A model generated the notes under the pieces. That model worked only from the letters and a program-made list of their open reading frames with translations, ran no database searches and was not told the DNA's origin. This document shows, piece by piece, positions 38,660 to 52,923 of a DNA stretch of 64,000 bases. Source of the stretch: the human T2T-CHM13v2.0 reference genome, Homo sapiens; the NCBI RefSeq assembly GCF_009914755.1, contig NC_060926.1; one strand, given 5' to 3'. Each line of letters begins with the position of its first letter. Positions within the stretch are counted from its first letter, which is position 1. Made by a program: the position numbers and the translations under genes.

Positions 38660-39355
38660 ACATTAGATGCTGGTGAGGCTGTGGAGAAATAGAAAAACTT
38701 TTACACTGTTGGTGGGAATGTAAATTAGTTCAACCATGTCGAAGACAGTGTGGTGATTCTTCAAGGATATAGAACCGGAAACACCATTTGACCCAGCAAT
38801 CCCATTACTGGGTATATACCCAAAGGAATATAAACTATTTACTATAAAGACACATGCACGTGTATGTTTATTGCAGCACTGTTTACAATAGCAAAGAAAT
38901 GGATCCAACCCAAATGGCCATCAATGAAAGACTGGATAAAGAAAATGTGGTACATATACACCATGGAATATTATGCTGCTATAAAAAAGAATGAGATCAT
39001 GTCTTTTGCAGGAACATGGATGAGGCTGGAAGCCATCACCCTCAGCAAACTAACACAAGAACAAAAAACCAACCAAACACTGCATGTCCTCATTCATAAA
39101 TGGGAGTTGAACAATGAGAACACAGGGACACAGGGAGGGGAACAACACACTCTGGGTCCTGTCAGAGCATGAGGGACAAGGGGAGGGAGAGCATTAGGAC
39201 AAATAGCAAATGCATGTGGAGCTAAAAACTTAGATGATGGGTTGATAGGTGCAGCAAACCACCATGGCACATGTATACCTATGTAAAAAACCTGCACATT
39301 TTGCACATGTATCCCAGAAATTAAATTAAAATTTTTTCACAAGTGGAAAAAAAAA
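38660..39355 (+). mobile_element. L1PA 3' end
   Basis: ORF 38864 MFIAALFTIAKKWIQPKWPS...WYIYTMEYYAAIKKNE is the L1 ORF2 C-terminus; 3'UTR and A tail follow. Confidence 0.95.
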
Positions 39356-40049
39356 GCATCTCTTGACCAAGAGACAGGTCTTCTAGGGAGGAATTCAAAT
39401 TTTCAATCTCTCATCACATTGTGTACCTATAAGTGCCACTTCTTCTTGGGCTGAATTTTAACTCATTGTTGGAGAGTCACATTCAGAATGCCATTCTATC
39501 ATAGGACTTACATGTGACATGAATGTGTTTACTCCATGTTCTATCCAAATAAAGTCTCCCACTTCTCTTAATTGTTGTGCATCTATATGCATATTCAGTT
39601 AGAAATTCATGGAAACCTGTCCAGTAAGCTAAGCTGTTGTTGTCCTGCCTTCTGGTATTGAGTTTCTTGCCTCAAAATGGTTTGTGTCAAAGCCAGGGGC
39701 TACAAATTTGCCTATGTGAAGAGGTTAATGAAAATCACATCTGCTGCCTAATATGTGGGAAAGTAGGGCATTCTATTATTCTTACTCTCCCAAATCCCTT
39801 AGTTCCCTTTCAATTAAAATTAAAGTTTTCTAGTGCTGTAAAAACATATCTAAAAAAAAAAAACAATTCTTGCTGAAAGGTTAATGGTTAAAAGGATGAG
39901 CTGGGTTCAATAACTGAAAACATTTTTTGACACCTAACTTTTTCCAGGCTATTAACTGTTCCCATGTCAGCTTCTTTGATTATTACTTTTTTCTTCATTT
40001 TAATATTTAGTTTGCAAATGGTTTTTAAATTGCATTGCAACAAAAAAAG

Positions 40050-40410
40050 GCAAAATAGCAGAAATATAATAAAGAATATTTTTGTAAAACTAATTTATTT
40101 TTCAACTCTACCAAAATTGCCTAATTAAAATGAAAAATAGGCATTAAATTTGTGGTTGGAAGACATGAACAAGAAATGTGTTCCAATTTGTGACAATTTT
40201 TTTTTTCAGAAAGTGTTGAACCTACATGAAGATTTCAGCAAAGAATTAACTAAAATAATAACACTAAGCCATTTACTGCAAGTAAGTACAGTTACAAAGA
40301 TTCAGAAATGCAGGAGATCAATATTAGCCTAAAGCTACATGCCAATGCCTACATCATTCAGCTCATTTCATCTCATCATGTAGGTAATGTATCATCTCAC
40401 ATCATCATCA
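40050..40410 (+). mobile_element. Tigger7/MER44-like TcMar fragment
   Basis: TTTGTGGTTGGAAGACATGAACA, AAGCCATTTACTGCAAGTAAG, CTCATTTCATCTCATCATGTAGG...ATCATCTCACATCATCA. Confidence 0.55.
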
Positions 40411-40651
40411 GCTGGATGTTTCATAGTCCCTTAAATTCAACATGTTCTGTTTTAGCTCATCATTTATTGTATATCTCAAATCCTGAGGCACACGGTCATC
40501 TCCTGGGACCCAATAAGACATTCTAAATTATTATTTGGGGTTATTTGGTTAATTAGTGAATTATCTTAGAGTGATAAAAAACAAAAAAGGAAATATTACT
40601 TCCTGTTTGCCTTCTCTGAGAATACCCTGTAGCTGTATTAAAGGAGCATTT

Positions 40652-40934
40652 ATAGCTCACCCTGTATTCCCAGCATTTTGGGAGGCTGAAGTCAGATGAT
40701 AATTTGAAGCCAGGAGTTAGAGACTAGACTAGGCAATATAGCCATATCCTGTCTTTAAGAAAAAAGTAAATAAAAAAATTAACTAGGTGCGATGGCATAA
40801 GCCTCTAATCATTACTTTGAAAGCTGAAGTGGGAGGATTACTTGAGCCCTGGAATTCAAGGCTGCAGTGAGCTAAGATTGTGCCACTGCACTCCAGAGGG
40901 AGAACTTTTCTCTAGAATTAATAAATAAATAAAT
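40652..40934 (+). mobile_element. AluJ
   Basis: GGGAGGATTACTTGAGCCC...GGCTGCAGTGAGC; AAAT tail. Confidence 0.85.
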
Positions 40935-41079
40935 ACGTGTGCACTTAGAGGAATGCCTGTGCCTTGGAAGAAACTCAAGAAACAGTATTAATTGAATCTT
41001 AATTTCTAGCATACGTTTACCTTGAAAAGATTGATGATAGATATGCTTCATTCAGGCAGTGGTTTTTACAATCAAAGTG

Positions 41080-41230
41080 TGATGCTAATTTAATCAGTGA
41101 TGAAAAGGTGTGTACTAAATATTGCATAAACCTAATCATCTCTGTTTCCACCTTTCTTAATACCTTAAATATCCCTGAAGAGGTGAGTATGGTCTTCAAA
41201 GATCCATATAAAAGGATGTAGAAGAGACAA
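41080..41230 (+). promoter_or_regulatory. Promoter of TRIM51-like pseudogene with DUX4 motifs and TATA box
   Basis: TAATTTAATCA 41086-41096 (fits TAAYBBAATCA), AAACCTAATCA 41128-41138, TATAAAA 41207-41213, then AAGCTCATT as in TRIM43 exon 1. Confidence 0.75.
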
Positions 41231-42094
41231 GCTCATTTTTCTCCAGAGGAGAAAAACAGCACTTAGAGTTACCTGCATTCAGGTGACCTCTGAAAGTCAA
41301 CTCTGCAGTGGATGAGCTCCTGATCTTGAGGAGTATTTAACAGAATTTTTTTTGGAAGAATAACTGCAGGAAACATTCATAGAATTCTGGGATGAGTGCA
41401 ACTTATATGGAGAAAATTATTTCTCCCTTCCTTTACCAAATAATAAATTACAGTGATAAAAATATCTGTCTTAAACCTACTTAATTATATTATTTGTAAC
41501 TCATATTATTACTATTCATTTTATGACACGAGGTTATTAATTGTTGTTATTTTGTGTATTCCATAAGTGTTCAATATATTTTTGAAAAATTTTAAATATC
41601 TAATGTTTGCTGCAATAGATTTGTATGCATCGTGAATATATGGAATTCACATTAAAACATATGTGTGTGCACTGCATGTACTAATATTGGTACACTGAAT
41701 TAAGTAAAAAGAGACAATTACTGAATACTGTAAATGTTGTGCTTTCATAACGTTAAGCTTTTAGACATGATTTTAAATTACTAAGGCAATGATGAGATAA
41801 AATGGTGATACTAAAGGAAATGAGAAGGCTCTCCAAAATACCCTAGCTTAGAAATCAAAACACAATTGTTGAACAGATAAATGTATAAGGCATGATTTGA
41901 TACATGATACGAGTTGTCATTTTAATTGAAGCTTATGTCAGAAGAAACTATGAAAAATTTCTGGAAACGGCTCAGATGACCTCTGAAAAATATTTGCAAT
42001 TCTTAAATTTTCACTTTTGGCACTTAAATTCAGCAGTGTTTAGTAAAAGAGAGTAAGGTAAAGGACTTCAAACTGCCAAAGCAAAAATTACAGT

Positions 42095-42185
42095 TTATAT
42101 TGGTCAGGGTTCTCCAGAGAGACAGAACAATAGGAGGTATACATATATATATACACATATATACATATGTATACACATATATATG

Positions 42186-42229
<44 letters not shown>

Positions 42230-42830
42230 AAGAGAGAGAGAGAGAATACTTACCATTGTGTTACAATTGCCTACAGTATACCATACAGGACATGCTGTAC
42301 AGGTTTGTAGCCTAGGAACAATATGCTATACTGTATACCATAGGTGTGTAGTAGGCTATACCATCTAGGTTTTTGTAAGTATAATCTACGATGTTCAAAC
42401 AATAACAAAACTGCTGAATGCATTTCTCCGATCATCTATCTGTCCTCACTCTACACATGACTATACAGGAGAGGAAGTCTACTAGGGGAATTGGTTCCCT
42501 TGATTATGGAGTCTGAGAAGTTGAATATAGCCTGCCATTAAGCTAGTGTCCTGGAGATACCAATATCGTGGCTGAGTTAGAATCAGCTTCAGCAGAGAGA
42601 GAGAGAGAAGAAATTGCCTTCTCTCTGCCCTTTTTCTTCAGTCTGAGCTCCCAGCTTGATTGGATGGTGTCCACCCACATTGAGGGCTGCTGTTCCCCGC
42701 TCAGCTCACCAACTCACATGTCTCTCTGGAAACACCTTCACAGACTCACCCAGAAATAATGTTTCACTAACTCTCCATGTATTACTTAATCCAGTCAAGT
42801 TGACACTTAAAATTAACCATAATACCATAG
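42095..42830 (-). mobile_element. MLT2 (ERVL) LTR with (TA)n and a nested Tigger3/MER7-like fragment (~42248-42465)
   Basis: ATATTGGTCAGGGTTCTCCAGAGAGACAGAAC...CAGTCAAGTTGACACTTAAAATTAACCAT; insert CTTACCATTGTGTTACAATTGCCTACAG...GTAGGCTATACCATCTAGG. Confidence 0.8.
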
Positions 42831-45139
42831 TAATGTAATTATACATGTTTCAGTTTTTAAAAAATTGACTATATGTCAGTTCAGAGTTTGAGTAGCCAAA
42901 GGAAGAAGTTAATGTAATCCGTAAGAAAAATAAACCCAATATCTTTCATTATGTATTTTCTCTACTAGTGAACCTAAACTGGTTTAATTGCTGTTTTTTG
43001 TTTATCTGGTTAATTGGTTTTCTTGCAGGGTTGATTTTTATTTTAAAGAGATGGGCTTCTGGGTCCCTCTCTAAAAACACATCATAGTGCCCTCTGTCCA
43101 TCTTCTCATATTTTTTTAGCCAATGTAGGTTTTGTACTTCTCTTCCATAGTCATTCAGTAGTTACTTGAAACAGAAATAGGGACAACCTTGATTTATTCT
43201 AGACAACTTAAGACTAAAACCTGAGTTTCATATCGACATCTAGGGAATAGGTTCTTGAACAGATTTGCATTATGTTATGGGCCGGAACTACGAATAGAAG
43301 GGGTTGTGAGTCATCTAGTCAGTAATGTCTGCTATAAAGCCTGAAGGCTCTCCTTGTGTATGAATTTTTTTATTTTTGTTACAGAGGAAATAGTTTGTTC
43401 TGCTTTAATCAGCACTGTCGAGAAGAAAATATAGCTATCACATATCACCACATGTACATAGATTTTCACCAACCCAGACCACAAAATGACATGTTGCTCT
43501 TCCTTCTTCAGAAACATGAATTCTGGAATCTCGCAAGTCTTCCAGAGGGAACTCAGCTGCCCCATCTGCATGAACTACTTCATAGACCCAGTCACCATAG
43601 ACTGTGGGCACAGCTTTTGCAGGCCCTGTTTCTACCTCAACTGGCAAGACATCCCAGTTGTTACTCAGTGCTTTGAATGCATAAAGACAACACAGCAGAG
43701 AAACCTCAAAACTAACATTTGACTGAAGAAGATGGCTTCCCTTGCCAGAAAAGCCAGTCTCTGGCTATTCCTGAGCTCTGAAGAGCAAATGTGTGGCACT
43801 CACAGGGAGACAAAGAAGATGTTCTGTGAAGTGGACAAGAGTCTGCTCTGTTTGCTCTGCTCCAGCTCTCAGGAGCACCGGGATCACAGACACTGTCCCA
43901 TTGAGTGGGCTGCTGAGGAACACCGGGTAAGTGATGCCTCTGAAGATCTATTTCTCCAAAGGACACATGAAATTCCTGTGGGTCTATTTTCTTGGAGATT
44001 GGATGATGCCATCTCTGTGTCCCTTTAAACATCTCTGTTATGAGCTTCCTTGGCTTCAACCCTCTCAGATTTGACAAACATGAAGAGAAACAAAGGAAAC
44101 ACTATTTCCTATAGGCTGATTTGTGTCTCATTCTGGGCCCCTTCATATATCAGAGTGTGAATGATACTTTATTGTCTTCATTGGTGCTCCAATTCCTGGC
44201 TCTTTTGCAGGAGAAGCTCCTAAAGAAAATGCAGTCTTTATGGGGAAAAGCTTGTGAAAATCACAGAAACCTGAACATGAAAACCACCAGAACCAGATGC
44301 TAGAAGGTTAGCCTTGTAATACTCTACCTTCTCTAGGAACTTGCACTGGGCAAATGGGTGACTCTTAAAATAGGAACTTGATCTCAACCCATAATGTATC
44401 TGGAATTCAATAAAAAAGGAAAAAACAGTTGAGAAAAAAATAGCCTATTTTTTATGTAAGATATTGTGATTCTTTGATAGGATTTCTAACCAAACCACAG
44501 ATGTTACCCAAGCATGCTCATCTGTTTCCATACAAACCTATAGCAATACACCAACAAACACAAGAAACTGGGCCATTTCACACTGCTCCCCATGGGCTGC
44601 CTGAATAAATCCTGGGCACAAGAGTTATTTGGCAGTCATGGAAATTTTAGGTGAAACTTCTGAAGCTGAGTCAGCATGAATTTGAATCCTGGTGGGCAAG
44701 TATATTTGAAATGTGAATCAAATTTCAGACAGAAGGAGCAACAATGCAAATTTAGGGAAAGCATGAAATTAAGCATCTGAACTAATTAATATTGAATAAA
44801 TCATAATGCATAATGGGAAAAGTGAGAAAGGTAGACTTGTCTTGATGAAGACATAAATATGCAAGAAATATGGCAACTAGTATTTAATATAAGGAGCACT
44901 CTAAGGACTTGAGAAGAATTCTAGAAATGTTTTCTCTTTGTAGATGTTTCTCTTGAGGGTATGATATCTAATATTAATTCATTAATTCATTCTAATATGA
45001 ATTCATTGAAAATATTTTATAAGTACCTAGTCTATGTCAAATATCAACTTAGAAAATTAAGTAGTAAAGAAGGAAGAAAACATACAAATCTTGCAATGGA
45101 AATGAGAGAAGCAAATGGCCATCATGCAGATATGTGAAA

Positions 45140-45275
45140 TACACACATACACATATCACACAGATACACATATATATTCCTCATATATATCCATATATAC
45201 ATATATATGAAGAATATATGAGTATATATATGAGAAATATATATATGAGTATATATATGAGAAATATATATATGA
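45140..45275. repeat. TA-rich minisatellite (ATATATATGAG units)
   Basis: Direct inspection. Confidence 0.85.
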
Positions 45276-48200
45276 AAAGAATTCTAGGTATAGAAAACAG
45301 CACGTGCAGTAATATTGCATTTGCATTTATTTGGGATGTTGAGGAACCACAAAGCAGCCCATGCTGCAGATTAGGGTGAGGTTGGAAGAGAATAAATGAA
45401 ACCAATTAGACTATGTTATGCTGGGTGAAATGCATTGAGCTGACAACGCTAGTATGAGGTCATTTCATCATTTCTCATATAATGGGTTTACATAACTTGG
45501 CCCAATCCTCCAAAATAGAAATAATGGTTTTCTATCTAGTCAATATAGCTCAATAGTTTAATTCTTAAGCAAAAACTGTGTTTTCTTTGTATAAATGTGG
45601 GTTGGAAGAGAGAAATCCATTTTTATATAACTATCTTAGAAAACATTTTATCATTAATCAAGTAAACATAACTGAAACAACTATGTTGTTATTAACGCAG
45701 AAAAAAGGAGAGGAATAACATTTTGTGGAATCTGAGAACTGACAAGACTGAGGGCTAAAATATTGGATATTCAGGATGCTAAGAGGAATCAGTGAAATTC
45801 AAAAGAAGATGGATACAACATTTCTATTTTGACCAATTGTCACTGCAGGATTATGTGAGTTTAAGGATAGAAGTAATCAGAGCTGAATATCAGAAGATGC
45901 CTGCATTTCTCCATGAAGAAGAGCAACATCACTTGGACAGGCTGCAAAAGCAGGGCAAGGACATTTTTCAGCAACTCAATGACAGCAAAGCCAGAATGGA
46001 ACATGCGAGGGAGATTTTAAGAGGAATGTATTAGGAGCTGAAGAAAATGTGCCATAAAGCAGATGTGGAGCTACTCCAGGTACAGACTGACCATGGGGTA
46101 TCGGGATGTTGAACATTCACATGCATGGGTGTTTTTCCTCTCTCCTGAAATCCATCTCCCCCTTTACTTCCATGATTTGTTTCCAAAAACACATTTCTAT
46201 AACTAATGCTGCTTTGATGGGAGGGTATAGCCTCTCCTAGTAATTCTACCAGACCTAAGGTCCCTCCTACTTTATCCACCAGCAACAAAACTTTGTGGGA
46301 CGGTCAAGGTAACAGCCCCCCAAAATATTTACCATCAAAAGTCAATGGTATATTTAGGATTTTTGAAAGCAGATAAAATGAGAAGTGATTCGTTGGCATT
46401 TAGATTAATTTGGATGCATGGCACGATGGAGAAGTTGGAAAATCTAGGATCACACTAGTATTATTTTGGGGTCCACTCATTTTGGCAACAGGGCTTAGGG
46501 AAGATGACTGAGTAGCATTTCTATGGTTACAGCAGAGCGTAGACTCTGTGGGCCTCCTCTCCCTTCACTTATAAAGAGAATGTCTTCAAAACTTAGACTT
46601 TATCAGAACATCAATTCATGACAATATGATAGACTGGGATTTTCACAAGAAAAGAAGAGAAAATGCTTTCCAGGAGGGACAATGGTAGGGAAATAATATC
46701 TTCAGAAACTGCCTCCAAATCTCACACTGAACTTAGTGGAAGATGCATCTTGTGGAAAACACTAAGCCTTTATCTTTTTATAGGCTTTTGGAGACATATT
46801 ACACAGGTGAGAGTGTACCAATATTTTAGTAGATGTTTGTTCAGTTTCCACAAATATCAAGCAGGAACTTTGATATTGAAGGCATAATTGATTCAGCTAT
46901 TGATACTACTTTATCCTGGTTGTACTTTATCCATCCCCCACCCCATGTAGTCATCTATTTTGTTACCATACTTAGTTATTTTATTAGGCAGTTCAATGAA
47001 AGTTCTGCAAAACCATAAAAACAAAAAATAAATAAATGAAAGAATAAAGAAAGTGAACATCTCTATTCCTAATTTCCTTTTTGTTGCTCAACAGCCTGCA
47101 TATTTGAAGGAGAAAATGTTACATTTTCTACATGGCTACAAAGCCAACCAGGGGAAGCCAGAGAGAAAAGTGTTTGAAAGTATCTTAGCAGTGAAAAGTG
47201 TTGATGATTTCTTGTTTATATTTAAATATATAATTCTGAAAAACAGATGAAACAAACTGTCAGAATGTTAGAACTGTGTAGGCCTCCAGAGAACCTGAGC
47301 TATAAAAGGCAGATCCCCCTGCCTGGATCAAGTTTCAACACCCTGGCCTTGAAAAGGAAGCAACGAATACAGCAGCCTTCAAATAACCCCACTTTCCCAG
47401 ACAGTGATTTCAGGGAAGCCTGGTGAGTTCTGGAACCAGAATTTCACTTTTGAATATTCTCCTAGCCTTAAGACTAATGATCCTTACTAATTTGGAGCAA
47501 TAAGAAGAAAGATCAGATTGAATTCTCACTCAGATAGACTTTTCCATCATGCCTGAAAATCAGGAACTGTGAATAATAATGAATTTGAAAAACAAAATGA
47601 TAATTTTGGAATTAGCGAATGTGTGGGTTAAAGGGATTCTCATGAAATGTCTTTTGAATAAATGTAGTGATTTTTATGTGTGTGTGTGTTCTTTCTTTTT
47701 CTGTGGATGTAGTAACTGCATCTTTCTCCTTGCAGGGGTGAGTCCCTGCTGCTGCAAGTGCCCAAGCCTGTGAGCTCAGTGCAGGGCCCATCACTGGACT
47801 GCTGGACAGTCTCAATGGATTCAGAGGTGAGTGTCAGCCCATTGGCAGAATTTCTACAATGAATTACTTCTTGTTAGAATCATGAGCATAATATTTTACC
47901 CTTCATCAAATCCGTTTTTCATTTCAGAAGGAAGTGAACAATATGACTATGCAACCCTTTTATATCTGTGTTTCTATTTATACTCCAGTTTATAACTTGA
48001 AGGGTAAAACATAGTGAAAAACAATTATGTTCTGGGCTCACATGTATTGAGTTATATATTGGGTAAAAGGAATGACATAAGAAATAAAAAATTGAGTAAG
48101 TGTACTAATGGTGAGATGGAAGTTTAATAATCCAATGTTACATAAAAATTGTACATTCCTTTACAGTATTTTATTTGAATTGTTAAAAACGGTTATCTGG

Positions 48201-50482
48201 GAAATAGAGTTCACCACAATTTGTTGGAGTATTTGTATTTACTTACAATAAATATATACTATTGATATAATGTAAAAATTTGACTTAATACTATGTAAAA
48301 ATAGAAATGATAATTTCAGTTTAGTTACAACATGCAGAGTTATGTGTAAAATCTAAAATTCAGTTTCTGTCTAGAGCTAGCAGGGAAGTCCACAGAGTGA
48401 CCGGTAAAAGATTTTGCAGAAATCTGCCTTAAGTTATCACTTATAATTTGGACATATGGACTTTTATCCAGTTATCTAGAGTAGTGCTTGAGTAAGTGAA
48501 ACTCTTCCCATTCTTGCCAAAGTTATATCACTAGTATTTAAGAACAAGAAATATTTTAATAATAATGACCTTGATAGCTAAAGGGCAGTCAGGGCATATA
48601 ATATCTCACTTTCACATTGGAAATTGGATTAAAACAGGCTGGTCTTATATTTGACTCTCAATTTTTGAGTTTCCAAATTTTCAATGTCTGTTTTTAGGGT
48701 TTTGTTTTTCCTGTAGAGAGTATTAATCTTCCTTGTCCTTTATTAAATGTTATAATCAAAATTATCCTGTTCTTGTAACTTCAAATTCCTTGGTAAAGTA
48801 GATACTTGGTAGAACAATTTTTCCCTCAAGAATTTTAACTTTTATTATTTACACGTGTCCATACTTTTTTTAAAAAAATTTGCAGTTGATATTACTCCGC
48901 ATCCTGAAAGAGCCAATAGTCATATCTTCCTGTATGGAGACTTAAGAAGCATGAATGTTGGATGTGACCCTCAAGATGGTCCCCGCATCATGGCAACATC
49001 TGAATGTTTTCCTGAGTAGAGCGCTCAGACTTTCACATCTGGCAAATATTATTGGGAGGTTCATGTGGGGGACTCTTGGAATTGGGCTTTTGGTGTCTGT
49101 AACAATTATTGGAAAGAGAAGAGACAGAATGACAAGATAGATGGAGAGGAGGGACTCTTTCTTCTTGGATGTGTTAAGGAGGACGTTCACTGCAGGCTCT
49201 TTACCACACCCCACATGTGGTGCTATATGTTCCAAGGCCTAGCAGCCGAGGAGGATTATTCCTGGATTGTGAAGGTAGAACCATGAGCATTGTTGATGTT
49301 GATCAAAGTTCCCTTATATACACCATCCATAATTGCTCCTTCTCACCTCTTCTCAGGCCTATCTTTCACTGTAGTCACCTCTGACCAGAGACAAATTGGT
49401 AATGTGTCCACATGCTGTGTAAACCCCTTTATCGCAGGAAGTCCTCCTTTTTGTGCCTCATCAAAGAGGACAAATAAGTTATATTTAATGTGTTTAGTTG
49501 CCTTCTAATGTCATCACAACTCATTAATACGGTTTCTATTAAATATGGTGAAAAAACTAAAACCATGTGTATTGGTTCTTTGTTTAATCATTTTTGGAAA
49601 ATCATTACCCATGATGGATGGCATAGAATATATTCTCTGGTTTTTCATTATTTCTGAATGTCACAAAGTGAAATCAGAGATGACAGAGGTGTCTAAATGA
49701 AGATAAAATCAACGGAAGAAAGTAGGAATCTTGTGCTTCTTCAAAAAACTTGGAGTAAAAAGACTCAATGGTAACCTGGAAATATTTTCTTTCTCTTCAT
49801 CTAACAATATTATACTTATTCATGTGTTTTATTTCTGAATCCATACCTTGAGGTAATCTTATTTGACCTCCTATGCTGTGCTTATCTTTGTAAATCTCAT
49901 CTTATACACAAATGCTCATGCATTATTAAGAGTGCTGTTCTAAAGTGAAATTTACAAGGTGATCAGGACAATGCTGGATCAATTAAATATTCAAATGGAA
50001 ATGACTGAATACTGACCCCTATCTCAAACCATACAGAGTTCATTTCCACATGGATTCATGTTGTGAAGGTGAAGGGAACATAATAAAATATTCTCATAGA
50101 GAAAGATTTCTTGACCTGGACAAAAAAGTAACAATTAAGAAGGAAAATTTAGTTAGTTTATATCAAAAATAATGACTTCTGTGTTTCAAAATATACCATC
50201 CAAGAATTAAAATGGAAACCAAGAGTGGAGAAAAATATTTATCTCAACTTATATGAAACAAAATGCAATACATGTGATTAATGAATGTCATAAATAAAAG
50301 AAAATGAACCCGATATAAAATTGGGTAAAATATTTGAACAGGCACTTCATAAAATTGGAGGCATAAATAACTGGCCAAATATGAAAAAGGGATTACTTTT
50401 ATTAGTCCTCAGAATTATAAAAATTAATCCACAAGTTGAACTACAGGCCTTCATAAAAATTAGCAAAATTTAAATACACATA

Positions 50483-51322
50483 ATAACCCCATCAACATGT
50501 GGGCAAAGGATATGAACAGACGCTTCTCAAAAGAAGACATTTATGCAGCCAAAAGACACATGAAAAAATGCTCATCATCACTGGCCATCAGAGAAACGCA
50601 AATCAAAACCACAATGAGATACCATCTCACGCCAGTTAGAATGGCGATCATTAAAAAGTCAGGAAACAACAGGTGCTGGAGAGGATGTGGAGAAATAGGA
50701 ACACTTTTACACTGTTGGTGAGACTGTAAACTAGTTCAACCATCGTGGAAGTCAGTGTGGCGATTCCTCAGGGATCTAGAACTAGAAATATCATTTGACT
50801 TAGCCATCCCATTACTGGGTATATACCCAAAGGATTATAAATCATGCTGCTATAAAGACACATGCACACATATGTTTATTGCGGCACTATTCGCACTAGC
50901 GAAGACTTGGAACCAACCCAAATGTCCAACAATGATAGACTGGATTAACAGAATGTGGCACATATACACCATGGAATACTATGCAGCCATAAAAAAGGAT
51001 GAGTTCATGTCCTTTGTAGGGACATGGATGAAGCTGGAAACCATCATTCTCAGCAAACTATCACAAGGGAAAAAAAACCAAACACCACATGTTCTCACTC
51101 ATAGGTGGAAATTGAAAAATGAGAACACAAGGACACAGGAAGGGGAACATCACACACCGGGGCCTGTTGTGGGGTGGGGAAGTGGGGAGGGATGGCATTA
51201 GGAGATATACCTAATGTTAAATGACTAGTTAATGGGTGCAGCACACCAACATGGCACATGTATACATATGTAACAAAACTGCACGTTGTCATGTACCCTA
51301 AAACTAAAAGTATATAAAAAAA
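50483..51322 (+). mobile_element. L1PA 3' end (~840 bp), right-arm specific
   Basis: ORFs 50497 and 50755 are L1 ORF2 C-terminus ([14 protein letters not shown]..., MFIAALF...); absent from left arm. Confidence 0.95.
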
Positions 51323-52002
51323 GAAAGAATCAATGAAAGTTATTCATGACTGGAGGGGTATAAACTGAAATACTTTTTGGCAAACTGACTATGAGCATTC
51401 CTTATTGGCTAGATACTCTAATTCTAAAATATATTCCACTGACTGCCTATGTATATTTTGAGATAAACATAATGTTGATCTTTGCATCAATTTTCATAGT
51501 AGCTCCAAATTGGAGACAAAATAAATATTCATCGACAGTAGAATTGCTAAATAAATTGTGATCTCATCATACAAAATAATTCTATAAAACAAAGAGAATA
51601 ACACCAAAATGCAACAAATTAATGAATCCCAAGTTTAAGAAAGAAGTTTAAGAAAAAGAATTGAAACACACAAATGTTATATTACAGTGTTTTATTTATA
51701 TAAATTGCAAACTCCATTAATTAGTATTAGAAGTTAGAATGTTGAATAATATTTTAGGAAGGTAATGGTTAGGAAACGTAAAAATAACCAGGATAAGATC
51801 CAGGCAGCATTGCAATGAAGGAGAGAAACTATGAGTTTTTTCATGAAGAAGAGAATGATATATGTATTGTTTAATATTGTAACATGTAAGAAAAGTTTGA
51901 AATAGATAAATTCAATTTTATGCCTAATTTTTCAAATGTGTAAATATATAATTTCTTTTATGATAAGTTAATATCAATCAACATTAAGACATAAACCATG
52001 CT

Positions 52003-52378
52003 TTTTTGTTATTATACTTTAAGTTCTGGGGTACATGAGCAGAATGTGCAGGGTTTTTACATAGGTATACATGTGCCATGGAGGTTTGCTGCACCTGTCA
52101 ACCCGTCATTTACATTAGGTATTTATCCTAATGTTGTCCCTCCCCTGGCTCCCCACCCCCCGACAGGCCCCGGTGTGTGATATTCCCCTCCCTGTATCCA
52201 TGTGTTCTCATTTTTCAACTCCCACTTGTGAGTGAGAACATGCAGTGTTTGATTTTCTGCTCTTGTGTTAGTTTGCTGAGAATGAGGGCTTCCAGCTTTA
52301 TCCACGTACCTGCAAAAAAAATATGAACTCATCCTTTTTCATGGCTGCATATTATTCCATGGTGTATATGTGCCACAT
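52003..52378 (-). mobile_element. L1PA 3' end, mirror of 9047-9422
   Basis: TTATTATACTTTAAGTTCTGGGGTACATG...CCATGGTGTATATGTGCCACAT. Confidence 0.95.
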
Positions 52379-52626
52379 ACATTTTTTTACAGTCTGTGAA
52401 GAGATTCACAGAATATTACATTTAAAGACCTGTAATTACCTCCTCATCTCTCCTGTGTAACACAATCTTAAACTACAAAGGAAAAGATAAGGAATGTCAT
52501 TGCCCTTGGGACATTGGTAAAACTAATTGAACTTTGGAAACGGGAAAAGAAAAAAGAGGAAAAAAAAATATGTGGAGGATTTAGACCTACATCTGAAGGT
52601 GGGACAGGATCACTAAGAAGGTTCCA

Positions 52627-52923
<297 letters not shown>

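Larger units (their letters stand above)
41230..49545 (+). pseudogene. TRIM51JP: TRIM51/TRIM49-like unprocessed pseudogene, likely TRIM51JP: exon1 ~41230-41391; coding exons 43512-43926, 44211-44306, 45849-46079, 46784-46806, 47736-47826, 48886-49384
   Basis: ATG 43516 [38 protein letters not shown]; stops at 43720, 44301, 46032, 49017; exon6 is 91 nt vs 98 in the paralogue; SPRY frameshift; ATTAAA 49538; symbol from recalled position. Confidence 0.88.
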
